NCBI GenBank assembly: GCA_963818475.1
Contig: CAWFSF010000005.1
Span: 64,001-128,000, forward strand
Direction of reading: 5' to 3'
DNA from: Nitrospirota bacterium
GTDB lineage: Bacteria > Nitrospirota > UBA9217
Length of the DNA: 64,000 nt
This document shows, piece by piece, positions 8,483 through 19,688 of the stretch (positions within the stretch are counted from its first letter, which is position 1; every line of letters starts with the position of its first letter). The position numbers and the translations under genes are program-made. A model generated the notes under the pieces. It did no database searches. It was not told the DNA's origin and was given only the letters and a program-made list of their open reading frames with translations.

Positions 8483-8738
8483 GGGTCATCTCCTGCGTGG
8501 ATCCTCTCACCTTTTTGGAACGGTCATGCCGAAAGTATAGCACAGGGCTGCAGATGATTTCGACAAGACCTCGGTAACGGGATTTTCACTCGGAGAAGAA
8601 AGAGCGATAAGCCTGGCAGGGGTGAGTCAGAACGTGCAGAGAAGCCCCGGAAGCGGTCGATCCCGCAGTCCGTTATTTCACATTCCGAATTTGAACCACC
8701 GATTCCGCAATCCGAAATCCGCAATCCGAATTAGAACA

Positions 8739-9722
8739 TCAGGTGCCGTTTTCAAAAAATAGACCTGCCCTTTCCCACGCTTCATCCATAGTCGCGCTGG
8801 ACTGGACCCGCGATGCCAGGAGGTGGCCGAACTGATAGTTTCGGGCGAAATAATGCGTGAATTCCTTAAGCCTGCCGAGCCGGTATTCAGGCCGGAAAAG
8901 CTCGTTGAGGTGCTTGATAAAACTGCCATAGACCATCGGAAGCGAAACTGATGGATGATCGATGGCGCAGCCGTACACGTCCCGGGCGATCTCGGCAAAG
9001 AGCCAGGGTCGTATCGCTGCTCCGCGGCCGATCATCAGACCGTCGGCGCCGGACATGCGAAGACACTGTTCCGCATCCTGGACCGTGAAGATCCCGCCAT
9101 TGGCAATGACCGGGATCCTGACACGGCCTTTTACCTTGGCGACCCAGTCCCAGCGCGGCGCTCTGGCAAAGGACTCTTTTTTGAGCCGGGCATGGACCGA
9201 GAGCATATCAATGCCTTCATCTTCGAGCATGCTGCAGAAGTCCAGTAATTTCTGTTCGTCCAATTCGATGCCGAGCCGGATCTTTGCCGTAAGCGGGAGT
9301 TCGGTTCGCTTCCGGGCTTCGGCCACCATACGGCGTACATCCTCGGGCTGTTCCATCAGCCTGATACCCGCTCCCATCTTACCAACAGCGGGGGCAGGAC
9401 AGCCCATATTCAGGTCGATCGCATCCGGTTTCAGCTTATGCAGAACATCGATGGCCGGACCGATCTCCTGGTCCGTGGAGATCAGCAGCTGATAGGAAAG
9501 CGGTTTTTCCAGCACCGTCCTGATAATGTACGGCGAGAACCGGGGACTTTCGGTGGGCAGCCTTTTTGCCGCCAGCATCTCCGTTGACAACAGGCCGACC
9601 CCGCCGAAACCGGAACAGATCTGCCGGAGAGCGCTGTGCGTCAGGCCTGCCATGGGCGCCAGGAGCAGAGGCGGATCGATGGTAAGATCCCGGATCTGAA
9701 TTTTTCGGACGAGTGTTTTCAT
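8739..9722 (-). CDS. tRNA-dihydrouridine synthase family protein
   Basis: LAPMAG, IDLNMGCP, TAKIRLG, VHAR, IPVIANGGI, GLMIGRGA motifs. Confidence 0.92.
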   Translation of the reverse strand: MKTLVRKIQIRDLTIDPPLLLAPMAGLTHSALRQICSGFGGVGLLSTEMLAAKRLPTESPRFSPYIIRTVLEKPLSYQLLISTDQEIGPAIDVLHKLKPDAIDLNMGCPAPAVGKMGAGIRLMEQPEDVRRMVAEARKRTELPLTAKIRLGIELDEQKLLDFCSMLEDEGIDMLSVHARLKKESFARAPRWDWVAKVKGRVRIPVIANGGIFTVQDAEQCLRMSGADGLMIGRGAAIRPWLFAEIARDVYGCAIDHPSVSLPMVYGSFIKHLNELFRPEYRLGRLKEFTHYFARNYQFGHLLASRVQSSATMDEAWERAGLFFENGT

Positions 9723-9842
9723 TTTCTCTTCACTAAGGATCCAGATGCGGAGTTTTGCGTTGCGCAGGGAAGCTTCATGATAATCGATCCGAAGACGGGT
9801 TCACACGGGCCGGAGAACGGGAGGTCGTTAACAACGCGTTGA

Positions 9843-10463
9843 CTACTCGCTGCACGTCTTTTTCTTTTCACAAGCCTCGCCGATCTGTATGGCGCGGCCA
9901 TCAGCACCCTGGGGAACGCTGCAGCGAATTGCGTCAAAGGCGAGCAGGATGCGCTTTTCCTTCTCAATCCGCTCTGCAGCAAGCGGTTTTTGGTCGATGC
10001 CGGCAAGCATCTTCAGCAGCTCTTCTCTGACCGGGACCGAGCCAAAGCCTTCTCCGATCACATTGCCGGTTGCGGTATCCAGGAATTCCGCATGCTCCGG
10101 ATCTGCAACCACCGCGAACGGCACAGGCGGTACAGCGAGCAGCCGGGCCGCGGCAATGGCCTGGCGCTCACGGGAAGAGAGCGAGCCCGCGGAACATTTG
10201 ATGACCATCGCTTTTTTCCCACCTAGGGTCACCAGGAAATCCACAGAGGAATGCGCGTTCTCAGCACCGAGCGTAACGGTAAAAATGACGTTCCGCTCGA
10301 CCTCTTCCGCGGCATAGCCTTTCTTTTCCAGGAGAAGAAAGTACATCATCTTGCGTGCTGCAGCAGCAAGATGGGCGCCGTCCTCCATCTCCTGCTCGAT
10401 GATCGCAAAGATTTTTTTTTCACGCTGCACTAATTCGTCTTCCATCTTTGCCTGCTCTTTCAT
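9843..10463 (-). CDS. HsdR N-terminal-like (PD-(D/E)xK-type) domain protein
   Basis: LLLEKKGY...VDFLV...AMVIKC..GSLSSRERQAIAAAR pattern; no type I R-M genes nearby. Confidence 0.6.
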   Translation of the reverse strand: MKEQAKMEDELVQREKKIFAIIEQEMEDGAHLAAAARKMMYFLLLEKKGYAAEEVERNVIFTVTLGAENAHSSVDFLVTLGGKKAMVIKCSAGSLSSRERQAIAAARLLAVPPVPFAVVADPEHAEFLDTATGNVIGEGFGSVPVREELLKMLAGIDQKPLAAERIEKEKRILLAFDAIRCSVPQGADGRAIQIGEACEKKKTCSE

Positions 10464-10472
10464 GACAAATTC

Positions 10473-10510
10473 CACCTTTACCCTCTCCCCCGAGGGGAGA
10501 GGGTAGGGTG
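10473..10510. repeat. REP-like hairpin
   Basis: TACCCTCTCCCC-cga-GGGGAGAGGGTA, of the CCCTCACCCT..CCCTCTCCC type. Confidence 0.6.
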
Positions 10511-10524
10511 AGGGGGTGGTTTTA

Positions 10525-11178
10525 TTATTTTTTCTTTGCTGGTTTGGCCTTCTTCGCAGCTTTCTTCACTGCTTTTTTCACTGCCTTCTTTTTCGCAGGT
10601 GCGGCCTTTTTTACCGCCTTCTTCGCCGGTGCTGCTGTTTTTTTCTTTGCAGCTTTTTTTACAGCTTTTTTCGCTGTTTTCTTTTTCGGCTGGGCAGGCT
10701 TCTTGGGGGTCACCGACGCAAGTGTTGCAAGCTCCTTTCTCCCCGGCGTAGTGATCGCCCGGGTGCCTGCAGCCATGATGCCGGTGCCGCTGGAAGCCGA
10801 TGTCGCAGCCGGCAGCTGGAGCGGCTTCGGCGCGGGATTCGCCTTTGGCGCGCCGCCGGGCAGCATGCCGAGGATGTTCCGCTCGCGAACCAGGACGCGG
10901 TCCTCGTCGCCGACCTTGTAGGTCTGGCCGGCATATTGCTCGTAGAGCACATAGTCTCCCGGCTTGACTGTCGTTTTTATGAACTTCCGGTCCTTGGGGT
11001 CCTTCTTTTTCTTCTTGTCATAGGGTTCTTCTTCAAGCGCACCCGGTCCGATCGCCTCTACCACGCCCTGTGCCGGCTTTTCCCTGGCCGAATCGGGAAC
11101 ATAGAGGCCTCCCGCGCTCACTTCTTCAGCCGGGGATGGCTTGATCACTGCCCAGTCTTGCAAAGGTACCAGTTTCAT
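10525..11178 (-). CDS. Co-chaperonin GroES (Cpn10) domain with Lys/Ala-rich histone-H1-like tail
   Basis: MKLVPLQDWAVIKP...SAGGLYVPDSAREKPAQGVVEAIGPG...VKPGDYVLYEQYAG...ERNILG, then KKAVKKAAKK repeats; CAGGAGG RBS. Confidence 0.85.
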   Translation of the reverse strand: MKLVPLQDWAVIKPSPAEEVSAGGLYVPDSAREKPAQGVVEAIGPGALEEEPYDKKKKKDPKDRKFIKTTVKPGDYVLYEQYAGQTYKVGDEDRVLVRERNILGMLPGGAPKANPAPKPLQLPAATSASSGTGIMAAGTRAITTPGRKELATLASVTPKKPAQPKKKTAKKAVKKAAKKKTAAPAKKAVKKAAPAKKKAVKKAVKKAAKKAKPAKKK

Positions 11179-11326
11179 CGATGTTCCTCCTGAAATGATC
11201 TCCCGTAGGAGAACCATGCTCGCTACCAAGTATGGTATAGTTGTTGTATACGATTTTCCCAACACAATAATAACACGTTTATTATACGGGAAAACAACGC
11301 TCCTGTCAAAAGAAGAGGGAGGGATC

Positions 11327-11881
11327 ATGCATAAACTGGCAGCAATGGCGTTGGCAATGTTCTTCCTGGCGGGCGGAACAGCGGCTTTTGCAGATTCCAC
11401 GACAGTTTCGGACAAAGGGATGTTCGAAGTGGACGGCTCCTTTGGCTTTGGGAGCGGGTCGGGACCTTTGGACAACGGCGGCGGTGTCAACTTCGGCGCA
11501 GGCTCTATGCTGAACACCATCGACAGCAACCTTCAGGCGCGCGTCGATATGTCCTATTATGATTTCAGCACTGATTTCCTGGGTTATGACCTGTCCTATA
11601 CGCGCGTACCGATCACCGTCAGCGCTCGTTATTACTTTCCGATCAATGGCCGGCTGAAAGCTTTTGCCCAGGCAGGCCTTGAGACCAGCTTCGATTCTTT
11701 CGAGTCTTATGAAGGCACGGTGAACAAGCATACGGAAAACGAGGTGAATTTCGGGATCACGCCGGGCGGCGGCATCGAATTCCGGGTATTACCGGACGTC
11801 AGTATTTTCGCCCTCGGCAGGATCCATATCATCACGGACAATTACTTCAGCATGCAGTTCGGCGCCGCATTCCACTTCTGA
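11327..11881 (+). CDS. Outer-membrane beta-barrel protein
   Basis: Signal peptide MHKLAAMALAMFFLAGGTAAFA; C-terminal FGAAFHF; GGAGG RBS. Confidence 0.85.
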   Translation: MHKLAAMALAMFFLAGGTAAFADSTTVSDKGMFEVDGSFGFGSGSGPLDNGGGVNFGAGSMLNTIDSNLQARVDMSYYDFSTDFLGYDLSYTRVPITVSARYYFPINGRLKAFAQAGLETSFDSFESYEGTVNKHTENEVNFGITPGGGIEFRVLPDVSIFALGRIHIITDNYFSMQFGAAFHF

Positions 11882-11973
11882 TCCCTGGCATCGCAGCCGC
11901 GATAAGACTGCTCTCTGCCCTACTCGCTGGGCGGGCCGCCTTTATCCCTCCCGGCAGCGGCGCTTTTTCGTCT

Positions 11974-13053
11974 TTACCACTGACCGGCTTCCCGCAGCAC
12001 CCCTCCTGCAATGGCATCGAGCGGCAGTATGCGGTCCACAGCATCAAGCTCGATGGCCTTCTTCGGCATGCCGAAGACGACGCAGGAATCTTCATCCTGG
12101 GCGATGGTATAGGCCCCGGCCTCCTTCATCTCGAGCATGCCCCTGGCCCCGTCATCTCCCATGCCGGTCATGATCACGGCGATAGCGTTCTTGCCTGCAT
12201 AGCGTGCTGCGGAGCGGAACAGCACGTCGACCGACGGGCGCTGGCGGCTCACGAGAGGGCCATCCTTCATTTCCACATAATACCGGGCCCCGCTTCGTTT
12301 GAGCAGCAGGTGGCGGTTGCCCCGGGCGATGAGCGCCCGGCCCCGGATGACGGTGTCGTTGTCCTCGGCCTCTTTGACCGTGATCCGGCAAATCCCGTCG
12401 AGCCGCGTGGCAAAGGCCCGCGTAAAGTTTTCGGGCATATGCTGCACGATCACGATGCCGGGGGAGTCAGGCGGCATGGCCTGCAGGAACATCTTGAGGG
12501 CCTCGGTCCCGCCGGTTGATGCGCCGACCACAACCACCTTCTCCGTGGTCCGGAGCATTGCCTCGGTCTGCCGCGTCGATTTCGGCATGACGGCGTCCGC
12601 TGTCAGCTTCGGCGTGACCACGGTGATGCCCGTGGCAATGCGTTTCACCCGCGCCTGGGCAGCGGCCTTGACCGCGTCGCAGATCCGTATCCGCGATTCT
12701 TCGAGGAACTGCTTGGTCCCGATCCGGGGTTTCTGGATGATCTCGACCGCACCGTACTCCAGCGCCCGCAGCACCGTCTCGGACCCCTCCTCGGCCAGCG
12801 AGGAGCAGATCACCACGGGAATGGGATGCTGGCTCATGACCTTATGCAGAAACGTCAGGCCGTCCATGCGCGGCATCTCGACGTCGAGCAGGATCACGTC
12901 CGGGACCTCGTGCAGGATCTTTTCCGCGGCAAAAAACGGGTCCGCGGCCACGGCCATCACCTCGATCCCGTGGTCGGACGACAGGACCCCGCTCAGAAGC
13001 TGGCGGATGAACGCCGAATCATCAACTATGAGCACCCGTATCTTCCTGGTCAT
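11974..13053 (-). CDS. cheB: Chemotaxis methylesterase (REC + CheB)
   Basis: [32 protein letters not shown]. Confidence 0.97.
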   Translation of the reverse strand: MTRKIRVLIVDDSAFIRQLLSGVLSSDHGIEVMAVAADPFFAAEKILHEVPDVILLDVEMPRMDGLTFLHKVMSQHPIPVVICSSLAEEGSETVLRALEYGAVEIIQKPRIGTKQFLEESRIRICDAVKAAAQARVKRIATGITVVTPKLTADAVMPKSTRQTEAMLRTTEKVVVVGASTGGTEALKMFLQAMPPDSPGIVIVQHMPENFTRAFATRLDGICRITVKEAEDNDTVIRGRALIARGNRHLLLKRSGARYYVEMKDGPLVSRQRPSVDVLFRSAARYAGKNAIAVIMTGMGDDGARGMLEMKEAGAYTIAQDEDSCVVFGMPKKAIELDAVDRILPLDAIAGGVLREAGQW

Positions 13054-13586
13054 TTCGCGTCCGTTCCGCTGTCGGCGAGAACAATGCCCGCCTGCAGCCG
13101 TTTCATCAAAACTTCTCCCGTCGCGGTATTAAAGAACAGTTTCCGTCCCGTCGTGCCGCCCACATCCATGGCGATCACCCGTATGCCCACCTTCTCAAGC
13201 GTCTGCTGCGCGATATCGATGTTCTGCCTGCCCACGGAAATAGTGTTTCTCCCGCTGAGCCGTATGCTGAACATGTCGGCGCCGCCGAAGACTTTCACCT
13301 CGATCTCGCCGCGTTTCATTCTGTGCTCGTCAAAGAGCTTCACCATCATCTCGATGGCGCATTCCACATACTTCGCCCGCTCTGCACAGGCCCGGCTGCA
13401 GACAGCGCGTTCGCGGCACTTCGGCAGCAGACCGTGGCAGATCGCGCCCACGCGCGTCTTTCGGTGGAACATGGTCACCGACAGGCAGGAACCGAGCACG
13501 GTCATAACGCTCGACGGTTTGTCCGAGAAATGCAGTTCTCCCGACTTCAGATAGATGACAGGCAGGTCGTTCTCGTTCGGGCTCAT
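13050..13586 (-). CDS. cheD: Chemoreceptor glutamine deamidase
   Basis: [30 protein letters not shown]. Confidence 0.93.
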   Translation of the reverse strand: MSPNENDLPVIYLKSGELHFSDKPSSVMTVLGSCLSVTMFHRKTRVGAICHGLLPKCRERAVCSRACAERAKYVECAIEMMVKLFDEHRMKRGEIEVKVFGGADMFSIRLSGRNTISVGRQNIDIAQQTLEKVGIRVIAMDVGGTTGRKLFFNTATGEVLMKRLQAGIVLADSGTDAK

Positions 13587-14446
13587 GCGATCTTTCTGTA
13601 CACCGTGGACGTGACCCGCTGGAGCGGAAGATCGAAGCCGTGCACCGTTTCCGAGTGCCCCAGAAAAAGGTACCCGCCTGGCCTCAAGAAGTTGCACAGC
13701 CGTCCCAGCAGTTTTTCCTGGTTCAGGCGCTCAAAGTAGATAATGACGTTGCGGCAAAAAATGACGTCCAGGAGCTCTGGCCGCCGATACTGTTCATCCA
13801 TCAGGTTGACGCGCTCGAAACGGATCAGGGAGCGCAGCTCCGGAGTGATCCGCACCTGTCCCTTGGTGGGGTCCTTGCTCTTCATCAGGTATTTTTGTTT
13901 GATCGAGAGCGGCACCGGGGCAACGCGTTCCTCATCGTAAATGCCGAGTTTGGCCTTTTCCAGCACTTTGGTGGAAATGTCCGTGGCAAGAACAGTGAAG
14001 CGGAATCCCGGATGGAGAGTTGCGAATTCGGAAAGCACCATGGCGAGCGTATAGGGCTCCTCGCCGGACGAGCATCCCGCACTCCAGATGGTGAAGCACG
14101 ACCCGCTGCTTGAGGCAGGGTCGGCAAACGGCGGCAGCACGGTGTCGGTCAGAATTTGGAAGTGGCCTGGTTCGCGAAAAAAATCGGTCTTGTTCGTGGT
14201 GACGGCATTGATCATCTGCACCAGTTCATCCTGGCCGTTGGGGGAATTGAACAGGTACTCGCAATAGTCCCCGAAGGTGGCGGCGCCCACGCTCTTGAGG
14301 CGCTTCTGCAGCCGTGCTTCCAGCATGATCTTTTTCCCGGGCGGCATTTTGATCCCGCACTGGGTATGGATGAACTCGCTCAGCCGGGTGAACTCCTGCG
14401 CGGTCATGGGCTTTGCCATTTCTTTTTGAAAGCCGTTGTCTGTCAT
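13583..14446 (-). CDS. cheR: Chemotaxis methyltransferase
   Basis: TTNKTDFFRE, IWSAGCSSGEEPY, IFCRNVIIYF, FLGHSE. Confidence 0.97.
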   Translation of the reverse strand: MTDNGFQKEMAKPMTAQEFTRLSEFIHTQCGIKMPPGKKIMLEARLQKRLKSVGAATFGDYCEYLFNSPNGQDELVQMINAVTTNKTDFFREPGHFQILTDTVLPPFADPASSSGSCFTIWSAGCSSGEEPYTLAMVLSEFATLHPGFRFTVLATDISTKVLEKAKLGIYDEERVAPVPLSIKQKYLMKSKDPTKGQVRITPELRSLIRFERVNLMDEQYRRPELLDVIFCRNVIIYFERLNQEKLLGRLCNFLRPGGYLFLGHSETVHGFDLPLQRVTSTVYRKIA

Positions 14447-14737
14447 GCCTGTTCTTCCCGCGCCGGCGCTTTAAAGCCGGGTGCCGTTGTTTTCCGTCCA
14501 CACGAAAGGGTAAATAGTACGAAGGGTAGGATGGAGGATACTGTGTCTGTGTCCTGCAGCAGTACTGCACGTTCATCCGGCGTTTATGATAACCTGATAG
14601 GCTGGAACAATGCAAAGCCTTTTCTCACAAGGGACGATGATGACGACCTCTCTGGGACATCACGAAAAGAATTGTATTCTTCAGCGCCTCATGTTCAGCA
14701 GGTTAACTGGAGAGCGCGGGAAGAGAGCGCGTGCTGA

Positions 14738-16318
14738 TCAGGCAGTGCCACCCGGCAGGGCGTATTGTTCGGCCCGGGATTCATCGCCCGTCCCCGGAAG
14801 GGAGTCCATTTCGTCCAGCAGGAAGAACGCAATCGTTCCCTGCATCTGCTCCGCCTGGGACGAAAGGTCTCCTGCCGTAGCGGCAATCTCCTCGGCAGAG
14901 GCCGCGTTCTGCTGGATGACCTGGTTCAGCTGCTGGATCGCATTGTTGATCTGGCCGGCGCCCGAAGACTGCTCTTTGCTCGATGCGCTGATCTCCTGCA
15001 CCAGCTCCGCCGTCTTCTGAATGTCGGGGACCAGCCTGGCCAGCATGGTCCCGGCACGCTCGGCAACTGCAACGCTCGAAACGGACAGCGCTCCGATGTC
15101 CCGGGCCGCGGTCTGGCTCCGCTCGGCCAACTTGCGCACCTCGGCGGCGACCACGGCAAAACCTCTGCCGTGCTCGCCTGCGCGGGCGGCTTCGATCGCC
15201 GCGTTCAGCGCCAGCAGATTGGTCTGGCGCGCGATCTCCTCGACGACCGATATTCTGGCCGCGATCTGCTTCATGGCAGCCATCGCCTCTGTCACGGCCT
15301 GTCCGCTCTCGGTCGCATCAGCAGCCGACTGCTGGGCGATCTTTTCGGTCCGCTGCGCGTTCTCTGCATTCAGTTTGATCGTCGCGGACATCTCTTCGAC
15401 CGACGACGAGGCTTCCTCGGCTGAAGCCGCCTGCTCGGATGTGCCCTGGGACATTCGTTCCGACCCTGCTGTCAGGTCCTTGCTGCGCGACGCCACCTCT
15501 TCGGACATCCTGTGCACCTCAGCAATGACTTCGCCGAGCCTGGCCCTCATGGACTTCATGGCAATGAACAGCTGACCGGCCTCGTCCCGGGTTTCGAGGT
15601 CCCAGATCCGGGCACGGCTGTTGCGCAGGTCGCCGTTAGCGACCTTTTTCAGGATGCTGGAAACCCTGACCAGGGGCCGGGTGATGGACCGCGTCAGCAG
15701 CAAGCCGAAGAGACTGCCGAACACGATCATCACCAGGCTGAGACTGATGATCGTCCGGCGGGTCCTCAGGGCGTCCTGCAGCATCACGTCCTCGGACAGG
15801 ATATTCCGGCTCGCCAGCTCGCACGTTTTTTTGAGCAATGTCTGAACGTGCTCAAGGTGCGTCAGCGTGGATGCCTTGTAAATTTCGCGGGCCTCCTCGC
15901 TCTGGCCCTGGCTCCGCACCCGCTGGATATGGGCGGCTGATTCGTGCAGCATCCGGTGGGGCGCTTCGATCGCAGCCAGCGGCTCTGCTAAAGCAGGGAG
16001 CAGCTTCTCGGCTGCCGTCCTGCCGCCCCCATAATACCATTTTCCGAAGGCGCACTGGGTGTGGTCCAGCTGGACCTTCAGCTCCGTGACGCGGTCATCG
16101 TAGACATACTGTCCGAGAACTTGCGCCCAGGTGAGATGGTCCACTTCCCGCTGCAACAGCTCGCCCCGGAGCTTGCTGCCTTCGGTCGCCTCTATGCCGC
16201 CATCAACGATCATGCCTACACCGTAGATCGACCAAGCTGCGATCAACCCCATCATGAGCATGACCATCCCCATGCCGATCAGGATCTTTCTGCCGAGCGA
16301 GATATCCTTCCAGCTCAT
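14738..16318 (-). CDS. Methyl-accepting chemotaxis protein with CZB zinc-binding sensor
   Basis: TM1, DHLTW...CAFGKWY...HRMLH (CZB), TM2, [24 protein letters not shown]. Confidence 0.92.
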   Translation of the reverse strand: MSWKDISLGRKILIGMGMVMLMMGLIAAWSIYGVGMIVDGGIEATEGSKLRGELLQREVDHLTWAQVLGQYVYDDRVTELKVQLDHTQCAFGKWYYGGGRTAAEKLLPALAEPLAAIEAPHRMLHESAAHIQRVRSQGQSEEAREIYKASTLTHLEHVQTLLKKTCELASRNILSEDVMLQDALRTRRTIISLSLVMIVFGSLFGLLLTRSITRPLVRVSSILKKVANGDLRNSRARIWDLETRDEAGQLFIAMKSMRARLGEVIAEVHRMSEEVASRSKDLTAGSERMSQGTSEQAASAEEASSSVEEMSATIKLNAENAQRTEKIAQQSAADATESGQAVTEAMAAMKQIAARISVVEEIARQTNLLALNAAIEAARAGEHGRGFAVVAAEVRKLAERSQTAARDIGALSVSSVAVAERAGTMLARLVPDIQKTAELVQEISASSKEQSSGAGQINNAIQQLNQVIQQNAASAEEIAATAGDLSSQAEQMQGTIAFFLLDEMDSLPGTGDESRAEQYALPGGTA

Positions 16319-16354
16319 GCTTCCCCCCGTCGTCCTTGCGCTTCGCCTTCCCGA

Positions 16355-16865
16355 CTACTGCGCTGCTTCCCCTGCGGCCCCGGCCTGGCCTTCCTGCACC
16401 AGGGACAGTTCCTCGGTCGAGAAGATCTTGTCAATGTCGAGGATGATGATGAACTTGTCGTTCTGCTTGCCCATCCCCGTGATGAACTCGGTCTTGAGCT
16501 TCGTCCCGATCCGCGGAGCCGGTTCGATGTGCTCCGCCTCAAGATCGATCACTTCCTGCACCGAGTCGGCCAGCGCGCCCAGGATCGTGGTCTCGCTGTC
16601 CACCCGCACTTCCAGGATGATAATGCAGGTGTTCACTGTCTTTTCGGTCCTGCTCATGTCGAACTTGAGCCGCAGGTCCACCACCGGCACCACGCTTCCG
16701 CGCAGATTGATGACTCCCCGCATGAAATCCGGCGTCCGGGGGACCTTCGTGACGGATCGTAAAATCCAGCACTTCGCGCACTTTCGTAATATCAACCGCA
16801 TACACTTCTTCGCCGAGCTTAAAGGTAAGATATTGTGTCATCGCTTCGATTTCTGCTATGCTCAT
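16355..16865 (-). CDS. cheW: Chemotaxis adaptor CheW (frameshift near 16755)
   Basis: QYLTFKLGEEVYAVDITKVREVL joined to TKVPRTPDFMRGVINLRGSVVPVVDLR. Confidence 0.92.
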
Positions 16866-16882
16866 GGTTTCCTCCCTCGCAA

Positions 16883-16989
16883 TTTCGGATTAGGTAATTG
16901 CGGATTGCGAAATGAAAATCGGAAAAAGCTTTGGTATTGATGTCCACGGTTTCATCAAATCCGAAATCCGCAATCCGAAATCCGTAATT
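16883..16989. repeat. Inverted heptamer (AATCCGM) repeat element
   Basis: tttcggatt..ttgcggattgcg facing aatccgaaatccgcaatccgaaatccg. Confidence 0.75.
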
Positions 16990-18733
16990 TTAGTACCGCT
17001 CGAACTCCGCGTCTTTGCCGTCAGCCTTGCCGTGGCCGTCATGACCCATATTGAGCGCGACGCCTGCAGGTTTTGCAGCCAGGCCTTTTGCCAGACGGGC
17101 GATCTGGACCTGATGTGCGGAGTGAGCCGGCTTCCTGGCCCCGGCAAGCCGCCGAGTGCTCCCCTGTTCCACATTGTTCATCTTGAAGAACGAGATGGTG
17201 CCCTGGAGCTGCTCTGCCTGGGACGAGAGTTCTTCGGCCGTTGACGCCATTTCTTCGGCAGCACCGGCGTTCTGCTGGATCACCTGATTGAGCTGCTGGA
17301 TGGCGCTGTTGATCTGGTCGGCGCCGTGACGCCTGTTCCTTGCTCGACGCGCTGATCTCCTGCACGAGCTCCGACGTCTTCTGGATGTCCGGTACGAGCT
17401 TCGTCAGCATGGAACCGGCCCGCTCCGCAACCTCGACGCTCGACATGGACAACTTGCTGATCTCGCCTGCGGCGGTCTGGCTGCGCTCGGCCAGCTTCCT
17501 GACCTCAGCGGCCACGACAGCGAAGCCCTTGCCGTGCTCGCCGGCACGTGCGGCTTCGATGGCGGCGTTCAGGGCCAGCAAATTGGTCTGGCGCGCGATC
17601 TCTTCGATGATCGAGATCCTCGATGCGATCTCTTTCATGGCGGCCATGGCTTCGGAAACAGCCTTGCCGCTATCGATGGCGTCGTTGGCCGACTTGAGCG
17701 CGATCTTCTCGGTCTGCTGGGCATTGTCCGCGTTCTGCTTGATCGTGGCGTTCATCTCTTCAACCGATGACGAGGCCTCTTCCGCCGATGCCGCCTGCTC
17801 GGTCGTGCCCTGGGACATCTGCTCGGAACCGGCTGAGAGCTGCTGGCTGCCCGAGGCCACGTTGTCCGCCGCGGTCTTAACGTCGGCCACGACTGTTTTG
17901 AGCTTCTCGATCATCTTTTTCATCGCCAGAAGCACCTGGCCAGTCTCGTCCTTGTTTTGTTCGCCGATCGAAACCGTAAGATCGCCATCGGCCAGCTTAT
18001 TGCTCACGGCAACCGCTTCAACGAGAGGGACGGTAATATTCCGGGAAAGCGTAAACCCGATGACAGCGGAAAGAATAATGCCTATCAGGGTAAAGATGAG
18101 AATAAGCCTGTTTGCCAGTGCATAAGCTGCATCTGCAAGCTTCATGGCCTCGCCCATCTCGTTGCCGGCCATTTTTTCCGCATCTTCCATCTTCCTCAGG
18201 ATATCGTTCCGGGCCGCATCTGCCCCTTCCATTGCCTCACGGGCTCTGACCTCGGATTCAGCCAGCTGCACGGTTCCTGCCTGGACGGTTTGGCGGTGCT
18301 GACTGATGATTTCCTTGCCGTACTGGGCAAGCTTGTCATGAACTGCCTGGGCTTCCTCTATCTGCCGGATCAGGTCCTTGTTGGTTGTCGCAATAACAGT
18401 GATATCGCCGAGATTGCTCCCCCTCACAACAGCTTCAGCCATTTTGTCAAATTCTTTCATGAACTGCTCATATTCGCTTTCAATACCGGCCAGTTTTCCC
18501 GGATCAGGCTCAAGCATATACTCGGCCAGCGCATCTCCCGCCTGAAGGACCTTTGCTTTTGCCTCCATGACCGTATCGGCAATCGGCACTTTCTCGTCCA
18601 GGATCATATCGGCTGCCGACATCACCTGGTTAAGCTGGATGTAGGAAACAAAACCCGATATTGCCAACAGTGCCGTTATTAGAAAAAAGCCAGCCAACAA
18701 CTTCGTCCCAATCTTAATATTGCCCAGATTCAT
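16990..18733 (-). CDS. Methyl-accepting chemotaxis protein (frameshift near 17325)
   Basis: TM, helical periplasmic domain, TM, HAMP, signalling domain; C-terminal pentapeptide-like EFERY. Confidence 0.92.
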
Positions 18734-18828
18734 GATACCCTCCACTGTCAGATTTTTAAAATCGTTTAGGCTTCGCGATAATGGCGTTCATCAAAGATTT
18801 TATTGCTGTTTCTCTCTACCGGAAAACT

Positions 18829-19632
18829 CTAGAATTTTACAGCCAGGCCCGCAAGCACGGCATGGTCCGTTTCGGGATCGGTGAGCCCGGCCTTAACGCC
18901 GAGATCGATGTCAAGATTTTCGGAAATTCCATAAATAAGGCCGGCAAGAGCAAAGACCGGCCGGGTGCTGTCGTTCTTGTCGGGATTGCGCTCCTGGCCG
19001 AAGTTCCCCACTATCCGGAGCTTCTCGTTCACCGAATATTCCGATGCCAGGGAGAGATGGCAGAGGCCTTCACGCTCATCTGCCCGGTTCGCATGGTGGA
19101 TATATCCGAAGTTCGCGTGGAACACCCAGGGGCCTGCCTCCTGTGTACCGATCAGAAAAAGGCTGTACCCGTACTTTCCCGTGCCGAGACCGCGCTGATC
19201 GTTCCCCGTCGGCACGCTTATGCCGGGTTTCACGGCAAGGCCCCGGCCTTCCCGTTCCCAGAACCGCCACTTCATCTCGAGCGAGATGTCCGACAGTCCC
19301 TTCTCACTGGCATGAGCGGAGCCTGGCACGGTCAGGTCGCTCTCGTTCGTCTCGACCCAAACATAGGGCACGCCGATCACCGCATCAACGGCGTCCGTGA
19401 TGCCATAGGAGAGCGTGGCCCCCACCCCGACCGCTCGCTCGACCTTCTCGATGCCGGGCGCCGGCGTTTCCCGGTCGGAGGCGTATTCGCCGTTCAGTTC
19501 CATCTGAAACTTTCCTGTGCCCTGCGTTCCCATATCATCGGTGATCAACGGGTGGGCGGCATATGCTGCAGGGGAACAGAGCATGACCCCCAAAACCAGC
19601 GATATCTGCAGCACGACAAATTCTTTTTTCAT
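18829..19632 (-). CDS. Outer-membrane beta-barrel channel (MetA-pathway-type 'transporter')
   Basis: Signal peptide, then AHPLITDDMGTQG; GLSDISLEMKWRF, PTGN..GLGTG; terminal F. Confidence 0.8.
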   Translation of the reverse strand: MKKEFVVLQISLVLGVMLCSPAAYAAHPLITDDMGTQGTGKFQMELNGEYASDRETPAPGIEKVERAVGVGATLSYGITDAVDAVIGVPYVWVETNESDLTVPGSAHASEKGLSDISLEMKWRFWEREGRGLAVKPGISVPTGNDQRGLGTGKYGYSLFLIGTQEAGPWVFHANFGYIHHANRADEREGLCHLSLASEYSVNEKLRIVGNFGQERNPDKNDSTRPVFALAGLIYGISENLDIDLGVKAGLTDPETDHAVLAGLAVKF

Positions 19633-19688
19633 GCATCCCTCTTGTTAATTTACTGCTGCTTTTCTCCCGTGCGGCCTCAGAATATTTT

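Noticed and set aside
9843-10463. HsdR N-like gene as part of a restriction or defence system
   Set aside because: Stand-alone, with no hsdM, hsdS or helicase; host-like GC and a housekeeping neighbourhood.
11179-11529. ORF-track N-terminal extension of GroES (334 aa)
   Set aside because: Overlaps the divergent barrel gene; an RBS supports ATG 11178.
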